From a bacterium (lineage in GTDB: Bacteria > Electryoneota > RPQS01), in NCBI GenBank assembly GCA_023382385.1, contig JAHDVH010000002.1, positions 4,957-68,956 on the forward strand: DNA of 64,000 nucleotides, read 5' to 3'. Made by a program: the position numbers and the translations under genes. A model generated the notes under the pieces. The model did not search any database. It had not been told where the DNA came from and saw only the letters and a list, made by a program, of their open reading frames with translations. This document shows positions 1-10,078 of the stretch, piece after piece. How positions within the stretch are numbered: position 1 is the first letter of the stretch; each line of letters begins with the position of its first letter.

Positions 1-646
1 CTTCAAAAGAAGTCTCATGCGAGGCAGCAACAGCGATAGTATTGAGCACATCACGCGTGATTTCCTTGCGGTGTGCCTCGGTCACGTCACGTGCACTACA
101 GACTACCGCTGCAGGAGTGCCGATGCGGCCTGAAGAAGAAAGCAGAACTTCCCAGTAGCTAATCCTGCGGTTTGGCAATCGCGCCTTGAAGATTGAAACT
201 GCGCTTCCGGCAGTTGTGTCATTGAAATCTGCAAGAAATCTCTTCCAACGCGATCTGTCTTTCTTATCGATTAGTGCCTCCGCCTGGACTCCAATCAGCC
301 GCTTCAATTGACCGAGGCCTCGATTGATCTCGGTTATCTTACCATCACTGTCAAGCAGGACTTCCAGATCCGCCCCGCTCACAATTCTGGACGTCCACAC
401 TTTGGAAGAGCCGGTTTCTGCTTGCTGACGTGCTTTGCGAACAGCGACTGCTGAAGCGAGAATGATGGATAAAGCAGTTGCGAGACCGAACCATGCGGGC
501 CAGTAGCCCGCAACAATTTCATTTAATGACTCTTCGGCATGGGAAGATTCGGCCCAAAGCAATAGGATGGAAAGCGAGGTGTACGGGGGCATGTGACGCT
601 TGAAAACGGTGCACATTGATCGAAGAACTCGTTTCGCTAAACTCAT
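1..646 (-). CDS. Membrane-anchored PAS/PAC (probably followed by GAF) sensor protein, C-terminus runs off the window
   Basis: Not in the ORF track. Manual translation from ATG at 646 stays open to base 1: MSLAKRVL..., hydrophobic segment WPAWFGLATALSIILASAVAV, PAS-like LLDSDGKITEIN, PAC-like end VVCSARDVTE, then helix VLNTIAVAA. Confidence 0.7.
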   Translation of the reverse strand, partial: MSLAKRVLRSMCTVFKRHMPPYTSLSILLLWAESSHAEESLNEIVAGYWPAWFGLATALSIILASAVAVRKARQQAETGSSKVWTSRIVSGADLEVLLDSDGKITEINRGLGQLKRLIGVQAEALIDKKDRSRWKRFLADFNDTTAGSAVSIFKARLPNRRISYWEVLLSSSGRIGTPAAVVCSARDVTEAHRKEITRDVLNTIAVAASHETSFE

Positions 647-1034
647 TAAGAAGATGTCTCTCGAGCAGCTAATTGCTATAGCATTTATCATTGAAGTGAA
701 AGCTCCTCCCCGCTGAATGACAGGATTCTCTCCTTACAGCGCGCATTCCATGCCCGATAACGCAGATGGGGCAACTATCGAGGCACCAATGAGCGCTCAA
801 ACGCCTTTGCGCGGGAATGCGCCTCGTTATTCTTACCGCCTGCGACCGTGATTTCAAACAGGATATGACAAAATACTGAAATATATAAGGTTATGCTGTG
901 ACTGGGAAATTTCTCGTACTTGCTCGCTTGAATCGTAGCGCTTGCTTTCAGCCGGTTTCAGATGCAAATTGTAGTCTGTTACTTGGCGAGAGGATATTAC
1001 GTCGTGCGTGGTATGAGGTGACTTGGGGTGTTTC

Positions 1035-4000
1035 ATGATGAAGCTAAGAATCTGTAACTGGCCTGCGGCCGCTATCGTTTTGCTGTTCTTCGCGTGCAAG
1101 TTCGCTGTAGCCGACTCCACGTTTGTTGCGGCCGGAAACGTCAGCGGCATATGGGACGCGGCGGGCAGCCCGTATGTCGTCCAAGGGAATTTGATCGTCC
1201 AGGCTTTGGACAGTCTCGAAATCGGCAACGGTGTCACGGTCCACTTTGAAGGACCATACGAATTGCGCGTCTTAGGCTACGTCGCGATTCAGGGACTCGC
1301 CGGCGACTCTGTACGGTTCACAACTGACACGCTTACAAATCCTGCAAAGTGGCGCGGTTTGAGCTTTATCAACGCAAATGACTCAAGCTACATAGAATAC
1401 GCAATCTTCGAAAATGCCTTGGCGAACGGAGCAACGGCCTCCGACAGCCTTGGCGGTGCCATTTTCGCAGGCAGCGGCTCCATGGTCCGGATTGAGAACT
1501 CTACCTTTCGTTTCAACAGAAGCTCCGGTGAAGGCGGAGCTGTCTATTTCGCCAACTCAACGCTCCTGATGGACTCCTGTTTTTTCCAGAACAACCTATC
1601 GGACAGAGACGGTGGAGCTCTATTCATTCGCAGTTCTGCTGCCAGCATCGTGACACAGACCGTTTTTCAACGTAATAGAGCAGCACGCAGCGGAGGGGGG
1701 TTGTTTGTCAGAGGCGGCACCCCACAATTCACAAGCTGTGTATTTGACAGTAATTTGACCGGAGTCAACGGAACCGTACAGCTTCAACTATCAGAAGCTC
1801 GCTTTGACAGTTGCCTGTTAACCAACAACATTGCGAATTTGCACGGTGGCGGGTTTTCCTGCGAACAATCCAGCCCACGAATCTACGACTGTGTGATCCA
1901 GAATAACTCGACAAACTCTTTCGACGGAGGCGGAGTGTATCTTTGGGAGTCGTCTCCTCATATGCTACGCTGCCAAGTCCTGGGTAATTCTTCAGCAGAT
2001 GATGGCGGAGGAATACACAGCTATCGCGAGCAATCAAACGGACTTTTCGAACAGTGCGAGATTCGAGGAAACTCGGCAGCTGGCGAAGGGGCCGGCGTAT
2101 GGGTGACGTTGGACGGTGCCCCATCATTCGTCGACTGCATAATCAGTCAGAATACTGCTGGAACACATGGGGGTGGCGTGTTCCTGAGAAATAACGCTCG
2201 TCCATCATTCGTCAATTGCAACATTGACAGCAATCTGGCGCATGGGGACGGTGGAGGAATCTCCATTCGTCAATCGCTCCCCGTACTGGTCGAATGCTCA
2301 TTCCGTCAGAACACTGCATACGAGAGTGGCGGAGGGGTACAGCTTTGGGAAGCGGCCGATGCAGTGCTTGACGGTTGTGTGATCTCCAACAATTCGGCAA
2401 GTCTGCCGGGCGGAGGAATCGCTGCCAATCAGAGCAAGCTGACAGCAACGAATTGTATCGTGGTGCGAAACAACGCTGCTTCGGGTGCGGGCGGAGTAGC
2501 TGTTCAAGTCGCAGCCAACGTCAACATTGCTCATGCAACCATTGCCGCAAACAGTGGGCGCGGCGTATCTGTTGAGTCCGGACTTGCGAATATTGAAAAT
2601 AGTATCATCGCTCACTCCGGCGCGGAGGCCGTGTACTTTTCAGCCGCCGCAAACTCGCGTATAACCTATTCAACGATTTCAGGGATGATTGAGTTTGCCA
2701 GTGGCAATTCGGATCAGGGTCCTGCATGGATCGGAGTTCCAGTAGCGGTCAATGGCAACGGCGACTCCTGTGACACGTATTTCAACGTGTTCAGCGATCC
2801 GATGTTCACAGACACTACTGGAGGAGATTGGTCATTGTCAACCGGAAGCGCTGCGGTGGGTTCCGGGAACTGGCTATCCGTCACGACGGATCAGATAGGC
2901 AATGATAGGCCTTTTCCCGCAGGAACACTTCCTGATATGGGGGCATTGGAGAGTGAACTGGGACAGGCGCCGACAGGATTGTTTGGAACTCTGTCAGGGA
3001 TGATTGGGCCAGGCGAAGTGAAGGTCGTGGCAGATGTCCTTGTCGACTATCTGGATACCTTGAGGATTGCCGCAGGAACAAATATCACGTTTTGCGGACC
3101 GAGCGGCCTGCTCGTACTCGGCGAGCTACATGCACGTGGCTCACTGACGGATTCGATTCGATTCACCACGGATACTCTAACCAATCCCGGGAGATGGCAA
3201 GGTATTCGATTTGAAGGGAACTCGTCTGCAAGTGTATTGGAGTATACGGAAGTATCTGATGCCTCGGCGATAGTTCTGGGAAGACGGCAGGAAGGTGGGG
3301 GACTACGAATTGCGGGGGTTTCTCCTACAGTTTCAAGAAGTCTGTTTGCCCGTCTTTCCGCACTGCGCGGAGGCGGAGTGTATTGTACCGGTACTTCAAC
3401 ACCGAGTTTCACTGCCTGCAACTTCGTTTCTTGCAAAGCAGACTCCGGTGGTGTTTTCTACGTCAAGAGCGGTGCGGCACCAGTATTAGATAGGTGCAAT
3501 TTGTCAGGTGGATACGCACGTGCTGGTGGTGGATATCTTGGTGAAGGGTCAAGTGGTTCGATCCGAAACTCCCGCATTGAGGGCAATGCCGCTATTACCG
3601 CAGGTGCAGGGATATTTCTCACCACCTCGTCTACGATTCTCGAAAACAACCTATTGCTGAGCAACTCTTCCGCTGGTGACGGTGGCGCGATCTGGCTCTC
3701 GGGTTCTTCAGCCCAAGTAAAATTCTGTTCGATTGCAGGAAATTCCGCGACAAACGGAGCGGGTGTTTATATCCGGTTTGGCACTCCTCAGATTAACAAT
3801 AGCATCATCGCCGACAACATTGGGGGTGGCATCTACTTCTACGTGGCCTCCCTTTCATCGGTGCGCTACAATTGCGTCGCGTCAAACAGCGGGGGGAATT
3901 TCGTGCTGTTTGCCAATTCTCCCACGCAAGGACCTGCGGGGATTGGGATACTGGACAGCGTGAATGCAAATGGTGATCCATGCGATCGTCACTACAATCA

Positions 4001-4430
4001 CATCCAGAATCCCGAGTGGGTGGCAGGTACCGGACACAACTACTATCTCTCGCAGATTGCTGCGGGGGATTTGGTTAACTCGCCCTGCGTGAATGCCGGC
4101 GATCCTGCCGTGTTCCCGCCTGCCGGTACAACAAGGACGGACTATCTGAGTGACATCAACGCACCGGATCAGGGTTATCATGGACCTCAACTGCTGGGCT
4201 TCGCTCCCGCAATAAACAACCTGGCTATTCAATGTGTTGGGGATAGCATTCATCTGTATTGGAGCTATGAAAATTCAGGGATATTCTACATTAAGACTGA
4301 TTCGAGCTCTTCGGGTGCATTCCTCACAACAATCGCCGTCACTGCCGATACGACCGTTACCCTTCCGTACGCCGCACCCATTCATCCGACCCGGGCATTC
4401 TTTAGAATCGTTGCGGAATCCGCAGAGTAG
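1035..4430 (+). CDS. Secreted right-handed parallel beta-helix repeat protein (two tandem modules) with C-terminal FN3-like tail
   Basis: Signal peptide ending FAVA. Many N-x-A-x-x-GGG(I/V/L) beta-helix turns. Duplicated DS(V/I)RFTTDTLTNP-W-G(L/I)-F and NGD(S/P)CD motifs. Start at ATG 1035 or 1038. Confidence 0.85.
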   Translation: MMKLRICNWPAAAIVLLFFACKFAVADSTFVAAGNVSGIWDAAGSPYVVQGNLIVQALDSLEIGNGVTVHFEGPYELRVLGYVAIQGLAGDSVRFTTDTLTNPAKWRGLSFINANDSSYIEYAIFENALANGATASDSLGGAIFAGSGSMVRIENSTFRFNRSSGEGGAVYFANSTLLMDSCFFQNNLSDRDGGALFIRSSAASIVTQTVFQRNRAARSGGGLFVRGGTPQFTSCVFDSNLTGVNGTVQLQLSEARFDSCLLTNNIANLHGGGFSCEQSSPRIYDCVIQNNSTNSFDGGGVYLWESSPHMLRCQVLGNSSADDGGGIHSYREQSNGLFEQCEIRGNSAAGEGAGVWVTLDGAPSFVDCIISQNTAGTHGGGVFLRNNARPSFVNCNIDSNLAHGDGGGISIRQSLPVLVECSFRQNTAYESGGGVQLWEAADAVLDGCVISNNSASLPGGGIAANQSKLTATNCIVVRNNAASGAGGVAVQVAANVNIAHATIAANSGRGVSVESGLANIENSIIAHSGAEAVYFSAAANSRITYSTISGMIEFASGNSDQGPAWIGVPVAVNGNGDSCDTYFNVFSDPMFTDTTGGDWSLSTGSAAVGSGNWLSVTTDQIGNDRPFPAGTLPDMGALESELGQAPTGLFGTLSGMIGPGEVKVVADVLVDYLDTLRIAAGTNITFCGPSGLLVLGELHARGSLTDSIRFTTDTLTNPGRWQGIRFEGNSSASVLEYTEVSDASAIVLGRRQEGGGLRIAGVSPTVSRSLFARLSALRGGGVYCTGTSTPSFTACNFVSCKADSGGVFYVKSGAAPVLDRCNLSGGYARAGGGYLGEGSSGSIRNSRIEGNAAITAGAGIFLTTSSTILENNLLLSNSSAGDGGAIWLSGSSAQVKFCSIAGNSATNGAGVYIRFGTPQINNSIIADNIGGGIYFYVASLSSVRYNCVASNSGGNFVLFANSPTQGPAGIGILDSVNANGDPCDRHYNHIQNPEWVAGTGHNYYLSQIAAGDLVNSPCVNAGDPAVFPPAGTTRTDYLSDINAPDQGYHGPQLLGFAPAINNLAIQCVGDSIHLYWSYENSGIFYIKTDSSSSGAFLTTIAVTADTTVTLPYAAPIHPTRAFFRIVAESAE

Positions 4431-4557
4431 CAATGTTTCATGCAACGATCAACCAGCCCTCAGAACCTCTTAATCGCATGTCTCAAAATCACTGTCGCGC
4501 TTAGCAACTCTTTGGACACATTTATGCTAAGTCACTTCACCCTCAATATAAAGCAAG

Positions 4558-7134
4558 ATGACTCCATCTTGGCTCGGTGTTTTCGATAACTTAGGACGGA
4601 ATATGATGACACGTCTGTTACATTCACTACTATTGACATTATTGTGTTGCTTAATAACACAGTACTCGACCTATGCAAAGCAGCCGCTGAAGAATATGCT
4701 CACCTCGCGGCTCGCAGAAATTGAGATCAAGTCACCCCTGGACGCTCAAGCTATTCAAGATGCGGGCGGAATATTTGATCACTATCGGGGGTCCAAAGCG
4801 CACGTCTATCTGCTTCAAGAGGACTTTGACATTCTCAGGGCACGCGGCTTTAACGTGCAGTGGTTGCAGGAAGTGCGTGAAGAGCACTCACCTCTGGACG
4901 AGTACCACGAGAATGCAGACATCGAGGCACACTTTGTCGCTTGGGCGGCAGCTTATCCATCTCTCTTCACATATCAGAGCATAGGCAACTCCGTTCAGGG
5001 AAGACCGCTGTGGTTCGCGAAAATCTCAGATAACGTGACTGACGACGAGCCTGAGATTGAGGTGAAGTACATTGCTGCGATGCATGGTGATGAGTTGGCA
5101 GGACTCGAAAACTGCCTACGCCTGATCGATACTCTTTTGACCGGTTACGGCGTTGACCCCGTATTGACCGGACTGGTGAACGATTTTGAAGTTTGGATAA
5201 TGCCGTTGATGAATCCCGATGGTCGGGATGCCGGAACTCTGGGTCAACGCTGGAATGCCAATGGCATCGACCTCAACCGAGATTTTCCTGACCGAGTCGA
5301 TGACTCGACAAATACGACAGCGGGAAGACAGATTGAGACAGCTCATGTTATGAACTTCAGTGCGACTCGAACTTTTGTAATCTCGGCAAATTTCCACGGC
5401 GGGGCAGTCGTTGCGAACTATCCTTGGGACAGCAATTACAGTGGTTCGGACGTTTTTTCCCCAACACCCGAGAACACTTTGTTTCACCACATCTCGCTGG
5501 TGTATTCGCAATCGAACAATACAATGTACAATAACAGCGCCTTCCCCCCAGACGGAACAACCAACGGTGCCGATTGGTACCAGGTTCGTGGCGGGATGCA
5601 GGACTGGAATTATGTGTGGATGGGCTGCAAAGAAGTTACGATGGAGATCTCGAACACAAAGTCAGGTCCGGAAAGCGCGTTAGATAGTTTATGGCGAGAG
5701 AATCGCCAGAGTATGATAAACTACTTGCTCACCGCCCGTGAAGGGGTTCGCGGATTTGTCACCGACGCCGAATCTGGAAATCCTGTGCGCGCACGAGTCA
5801 TGCTTGCAAACATCCCCTATGTGACGTACAGCAGTGCGCTTCATGGTGAGTATTTCCGTATGCTGCAGTCCGGCGTCTATTCATTGACGTTTTCAGCACC
5901 CGGTTATGAGAGCCAAACAGTAAACGGGGTGAATGTTGTGAACGGAACACCGACAATTCTGAACATCCAGTTGAATCCGCTTCCGCGTCCTGAGATAGCT
6001 CTCCTGCCCGCCAGTGTGGAGCAGGCTATGCCGAGCTGCAGCGTCACAGATCTTGAACTTGCAGTGCAGAACACGGGCGAGATCACATTGAATTGGGATT
6101 CGCAAGAGCTCGGCTTTAGCGCAACAAACTACGGTGCGGGAGATGGCGGACCGCGTTGGATTGACAGCCGTGCGCCAGGAGGGCCAGCCTACTCCTGGGT
6201 AGATATCAGTGCAATCGGCACCGCTGTTTCGTTTACGCTGGATGATCAGAATCTCGGCCCTTACGCGATCGGTTTCACTTTCCCGTTTTACGGAATGAAC
6301 TACACGCAGTTTCGAGTCTCTGCCAATGGCTGGCTGTCCTTCACTTCCACCGCGACGGGAGCGACTTCCTATAACAACACTGCTCTTCCAAGCAATTCCG
6401 CTCCTGAGAATATCCTTGCAGTTTGGTGGGATGACCTAAGTCCGCAGCGTGCCGGAACGAACGTGAGACGCTGGACCAACAACTTAGATAGCCTTGTCGT
6501 ATCATTTCAGAACATCCAGAGCTATGCGAACAACGGGCTATACAACTTCGAGATAATACTGACTGCGGACGGCGGAATAACCTACCTGTATGGAAACATG
6601 GGTACGAACCGCCTAAACTCGTCAACAATTGGATTGCAGAATAACGATCGTACTCGTGGCGTTACGGTTTTGAATAATTCGGTCTATATCTCGAATGATA
6701 TGGCCATCAAGTTTTGTCCCGGTGTCGCCGTGCAAACCATCCCACCAGCCGGATCAGTGGCCCCGGGGCAACAGCAACTTGTAACACTCCGACTGTCATC
6801 ATGCTGCCTTCCAGACGGGATCAGCCTTTCCAGATTGAGATTTACCTCAGACGATCCCACGCGTCCAACGGTTGACTTGCCCATCACGATTGACTCTGGG
6901 AACTTTCTCGCGCCATCGCCGGTTATCGATTTGACGATTGTCGTGACGGAAACGGGTGCAGAACTGCGCTGGACCACTGCCGAGAATGCGAATTCTTACT
7001 CCATCTGGAGCAGCACCGTGTGGCCTCCGGAGATAGGGAATTCCGTCCTTCTTGGCACAACAACCGGAACTTCATTTGCCGTCTCGACGGATCTTCCCGG
7101 AACGGAGTACTTCATAGTTGTTTCGGAGCGATAG
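4558..7134 (+). CDS. Secreted M14 zinc carboxypeptidase (CPD/CPE/CPM-like, M14B) with transthyretin-like and beta-rich accessory domains
   Basis: HGDE, RWNANGIDLNRDF, SANFHGGAVVANYPWD, GGMQDWNY and catalytic TMEIS motifs. GVRGFVTDAESGNPV regulatory domain. True start may be the MM at about 4603. Confidence 0.92.
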   Translation: MTPSWLGVFDNLGRNMMTRLLHSLLLTLLCCLITQYSTYAKQPLKNMLTSRLAEIEIKSPLDAQAIQDAGGIFDHYRGSKAHVYLLQEDFDILRARGFNVQWLQEVREEHSPLDEYHENADIEAHFVAWAAAYPSLFTYQSIGNSVQGRPLWFAKISDNVTDDEPEIEVKYIAAMHGDELAGLENCLRLIDTLLTGYGVDPVLTGLVNDFEVWIMPLMNPDGRDAGTLGQRWNANGIDLNRDFPDRVDDSTNTTAGRQIETAHVMNFSATRTFVISANFHGGAVVANYPWDSNYSGSDVFSPTPENTLFHHISLVYSQSNNTMYNNSAFPPDGTTNGADWYQVRGGMQDWNYVWMGCKEVTMEISNTKSGPESALDSLWRENRQSMINYLLTAREGVRGFVTDAESGNPVRARVMLANIPYVTYSSALHGEYFRMLQSGVYSLTFSAPGYESQTVNGVNVVNGTPTILNIQLNPLPRPEIALLPASVEQAMPSCSVTDLELAVQNTGEITLNWDSQELGFSATNYGAGDGGPRWIDSRAPGGPAYSWVDISAIGTAVSFTLDDQNLGPYAIGFTFPFYGMNYTQFRVSANGWLSFTSTATGATSYNNTALPSNSAPENILAVWWDDLSPQRAGTNVRRWTNNLDSLVVSFQNIQSYANNGLYNFEIILTADGGITYLYGNMGTNRLNSSTIGLQNNDRTRGVTVLNNSVYISNDMAIKFCPGVAVQTIPPAGSVAPGQQQLVTLRLSSCCLPDGISLSRLRFTSDDPTRPTVDLPITIDSGNFLAPSPVIDLTIVVTETGAELRWTTAENANSYSIWSSTVWPPEIGNSVLLGTTTGTSFAVSTDLPGTEYFIVVSER

Positions 7135-7263
7135 GTTGTAGAAAGGTGGCGAGATTGGCTGAACAGCTGATGCGCAAGACAACTTTTCCGCCGGATTCAC
7201 TGGACAATACAGACCGACTAAAGCTACTAATTCTAATTTGGAGACCAACGGCTCTTGCTGACG

Positions 7264-9009
7264 ATGATTGAGAACCGCATTGCTGAACTTACGCGGCCTT
7301 CCAAGGAGTTTCCGCGGCGCTTTCTGGCACGCGGACTGACCGTGGAAGCGTGGGATGATGTATCCAAGTATTACAATGAATTGGAGAAGCGCGAACTGGA
7401 TTCGGCGTCCGATGTCGAAGCGTGGATTGCGGACGGCAGCGAACTTTCCGCTTTTCTTTCTGAAGAGTCATCACGGCGTTACATTGCCATGACCTGTGCA
7501 ACGGAAGACGAGTCAGCAGAACAAGCGTACATGCGGTTTGTCGAGGAAATTGCGCCGCGGATGAAAGAAGCGCAGGATCGCTTGAATCGCAAACTGGTGC
7601 AAAGTCCCTGGGCATCTGCCCTTCCGGCAAAGTATGAAGTGTACTTGCGATCCAGCAGGAATGCTGTTGAGCTGTTTCGAGAAGAAAATGTGCCAATCGA
7701 GACGGAGATCGAGAAGCTCTCGCAGCAGTATCAAAAAGTATTCGGATCGATGACCGTGCAGTGGCAAGGGAATGAGATTACGATTCCCCGCGCACTTGCT
7801 CTGCTGGAGGAGACTGATCGCGGCGTGCGGGAGCAAGCCTACAGGCTTGTCGCAGAGCGGCGGTTGAAGGATAGGGATGTGCTGGAAGACATCTTTGACG
7901 AAATGGTCGCCAAACGTCACGAGATCGCGCTGAACGCAGGATTCGAAAACTATCGCGACTATAAGTTCCGCGAATACGAACGGTTTGACTATACTCCTCA
8001 GGACTGTGCTTCGTACCACGCCGCAGTGGCTGATCTTGTTGTTCCGGTAATGCGTGAAGCTGCCGACGATCGAAAGAGAGCTTTAAAAGTCGAAACCTTG
8101 CGACCATGGGACATGGAGTGTGATCCCTTTGGTCGGGAGCCGCTGCATCCTTTCGGGAATGCGAACGAACTGATTTCCGGTTGCTCTCGGATTTTTCACC
8201 GATTAGATGAAGATCTGGGGAACAGTTTTGATAAGATGAATGAACTTGGCCTGCTGGATCTATCAAGCCGAAAAGGTAAAGCTCCCGGCGGATATCAGAG
8301 CGACCTTGCAGAGGTCCGGTTGCCCTTCATTTTTATGAACGCTGTCGGTACGAACGATGATGTGTTCACTCTTCTTCATGAGGGTGGACACGCTTTTCAC
8401 AACTTTGCAGTGCGTGATGAACCTTTGCATGCTTATCGGCACGCACCAATGGAGTTTAGTGAGGTTGCGTCGATGAGCATGGAGCTGCTTGCGATGCCGA
8501 TGCTCGACGAATTCTACGCAGTGCCCGATCAGGCGCGCACAATTCGCCATGAGCTACAGGGAAAGATCGCACTGCTTGCGTGGATTGCGACGATCGATGC
8601 TTTTCAGCATTGGGTCTACACGCATCCCAGACACTCTCGTGAAGAACGGAAGATGCATTGGCGCGGATTGGTGGAGCGTTTTGGCTCCGGAGCGGATCAC
8701 AGTGGTTTTGAGGACGCTCGCGACTATCGCTGGCACGCCCAATTGCATATCTTCGAAGTCCCATTCTACTACATAGAGTACGGCATCGCCCAACTTGGCG
8801 CATTTCAGATCTGGAGTCTGGCTCGGAAGAATCCTGCTGAGGCGTTGCGAAATTATAAGCATGGCCTATCTCTTGGGGGTTCACGGCCATTGCCGAAGCT
8901 GTATCAGGCAGCGGGCATTAAGCTGGACTTCTCATCAGAGATGATTGCACCGCTTATGGCAGAGGTTCGTGATGAAATGGCGAAGCAAGGCAGGCTCGAA
9001 TCGATGTAG
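7264..9009 (+). CDS. M3 family oligoendopeptidase (PepF/M3B-like)
   Basis: RKGKAPGGY, HEGGHAFH, EVASMSMEL and HIFEVPFYYIEY motifs. Confidence 0.93.
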   Translation: MIENRIAELTRPSKEFPRRFLARGLTVEAWDDVSKYYNELEKRELDSASDVEAWIADGSELSAFLSEESSRRYIAMTCATEDESAEQAYMRFVEEIAPRMKEAQDRLNRKLVQSPWASALPAKYEVYLRSSRNAVELFREENVPIETEIEKLSQQYQKVFGSMTVQWQGNEITIPRALALLEETDRGVREQAYRLVAERRLKDRDVLEDIFDEMVAKRHEIALNAGFENYRDYKFREYERFDYTPQDCASYHAAVADLVVPVMREAADDRKRALKVETLRPWDMECDPFGREPLHPFGNANELISGCSRIFHRLDEDLGNSFDKMNELGLLDLSSRKGKAPGGYQSDLAEVRLPFIFMNAVGTNDDVFTLLHEGGHAFHNFAVRDEPLHAYRHAPMEFSEVASMSMELLAMPMLDEFYAVPDQARTIRHELQGKIALLAWIATIDAFQHWVYTHPRHSREERKMHWRGLVERFGSGADHSGFEDARDYRWHAQLHIFEVPFYYIEYGIAQLGAFQIWSLARKNPAEALRNYKHGLSLGGSRPLPKLYQAAGIKLDFSSEMIAPLMAEVRDEMAKQGRLESM

Positions 9010-9048
9010 CGGCGATTGCTGCTAAGGGAATGTTCCCGGATCAGAGTG

Positions 9049-9078
9049 AGAACAGCCCGCATAGGCGCGGGCTGTTCT
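9049..9078. terminator. Probable bidirectional intrinsic terminator
   Basis: Perfect 12-bp inverted repeat agaacagcccgc/gcgggctgttct between convergent genes. Confidence 0.75.
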
Positions 9079-9094
9079 ATTCCAAACCAATTTG

Positions 9095-10078
9095 TTATGC
9101 AGCTTTTGCACCGCTCCACCAGGAAACGAAACCTCGCAAACCTTCAATAAGTGGAACCTGTGGAGTGAAGCCAAGCGCGCGTAGTTTAGACACATTTGCC
9201 TGCTCGCACTCGGCCTCGCTATAGGGCATTTCAGCCGGGAACTGCGGCAGTGATTGTTCAGTTAAATTACATAGATGCGTTGCAATCTCTTGCATGCTCA
9301 AGCTTTGCCCCGATGCAATATTTATTGCACCCTCCACGTGACCGCTCAGAATGCAATGGACTGCAAACAGAACGTCCCCCGCATGAATCAGATCGCGACG
9401 GGCTGTCGCCGGATAGTCAGCAATGATCGCACGGGATTTTGGTCCAAGGATTTTCATAACTAAATCGTAGACGGGATTACACCGGAGACCTGGTCCGTAA
9501 GCTGAGAAGACACGCAACGTGTTCAGCTTCAATTCGTGTGCATTCGCAAATTCCGCTGCGACTTCTTCTGCTATGGCATGGAACCGACCTTCACGCGATA
9601 CCGGCGCAAGTTCTCTTTCCTCACTCGCATCCTCTTCGCACTGCCCATATACGGCGGCCGAGGATAGGAGAATAAGTTTCGCGGTCGGAGTATGGCGGCG
9701 CACAGCTTCACAGAGCGCTACTGTCTTATCCACAATACGATTGTAGATTGCGATTGGCGAACGCGAGATACTGTTTTGAGCCGGCTCTGCGGAAGCATGC
9801 AGTACCACATCAGGAGAGAACAAAGCCATAGCTTCAGCGAAGCGATGGTCTATAAGCGAAAGGTTGAAGGCTGGCAGAGTCTGTTTGAGCGCGAAGTAGC
9901 TATCTTCCTGAACGACTTGAACGGCCACTTCGTACCCGTTATCGCGAAGACCCAAGGCGAGGTATTTCGCGAGTGAGTTTTCCGCTCCGGTTACCAGCAA
10001 ACGTTTTCGCTTCGTGCCGTCCGGCAAGGGTTTCAGACTGCGTGGTTGTTGAGCAGCACTGGATTTAAATGTGATCAT
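9095..10078 (-). CDS. NAD-dependent epimerase/dehydratase (extended SDR) family protein with degenerate motifs
   Basis: LLVTGA, SSAAVYG, LRVFSAYGP, RDLIH and NIASG are present. GxxGxxG and YxxxK are not conserved. Confidence 0.8.
   Translation of the reverse strand: MITFKSSAAQQPRSLKPLPDGTKRKRLLVTGAENSLAKYLALGLRDNGYEVAVQVVQEDSYFALKQTLPAFNLSLIDHRFAEAMALFSPDVVLHASAEPAQNSISRSPIAIYNRIVDKTVALCEAVRRHTPTAKLILLSSAAVYGQCEEDASEERELAPVSREGRFHAIAEEVAAEFANAHELKLNTLRVFSAYGPGLRCNPVYDLVMKILGPKSRAIIADYPATARRDLIHAGDVLFAVHCILSGHVEGAINIASGQSLSMQEIATHLCNLTEQSLPQFPAEMPYSEAECEQANVSKLRALGFTPQVPLIEGLRGFVSWWSGAKAA

Noticed and set aside
669-1237. Short minus-strand ORFs of 62 and 127 aa
   Set aside because: They have no motifs; one overlaps the beta-helix gene and the other lies in a divergent promoter region.
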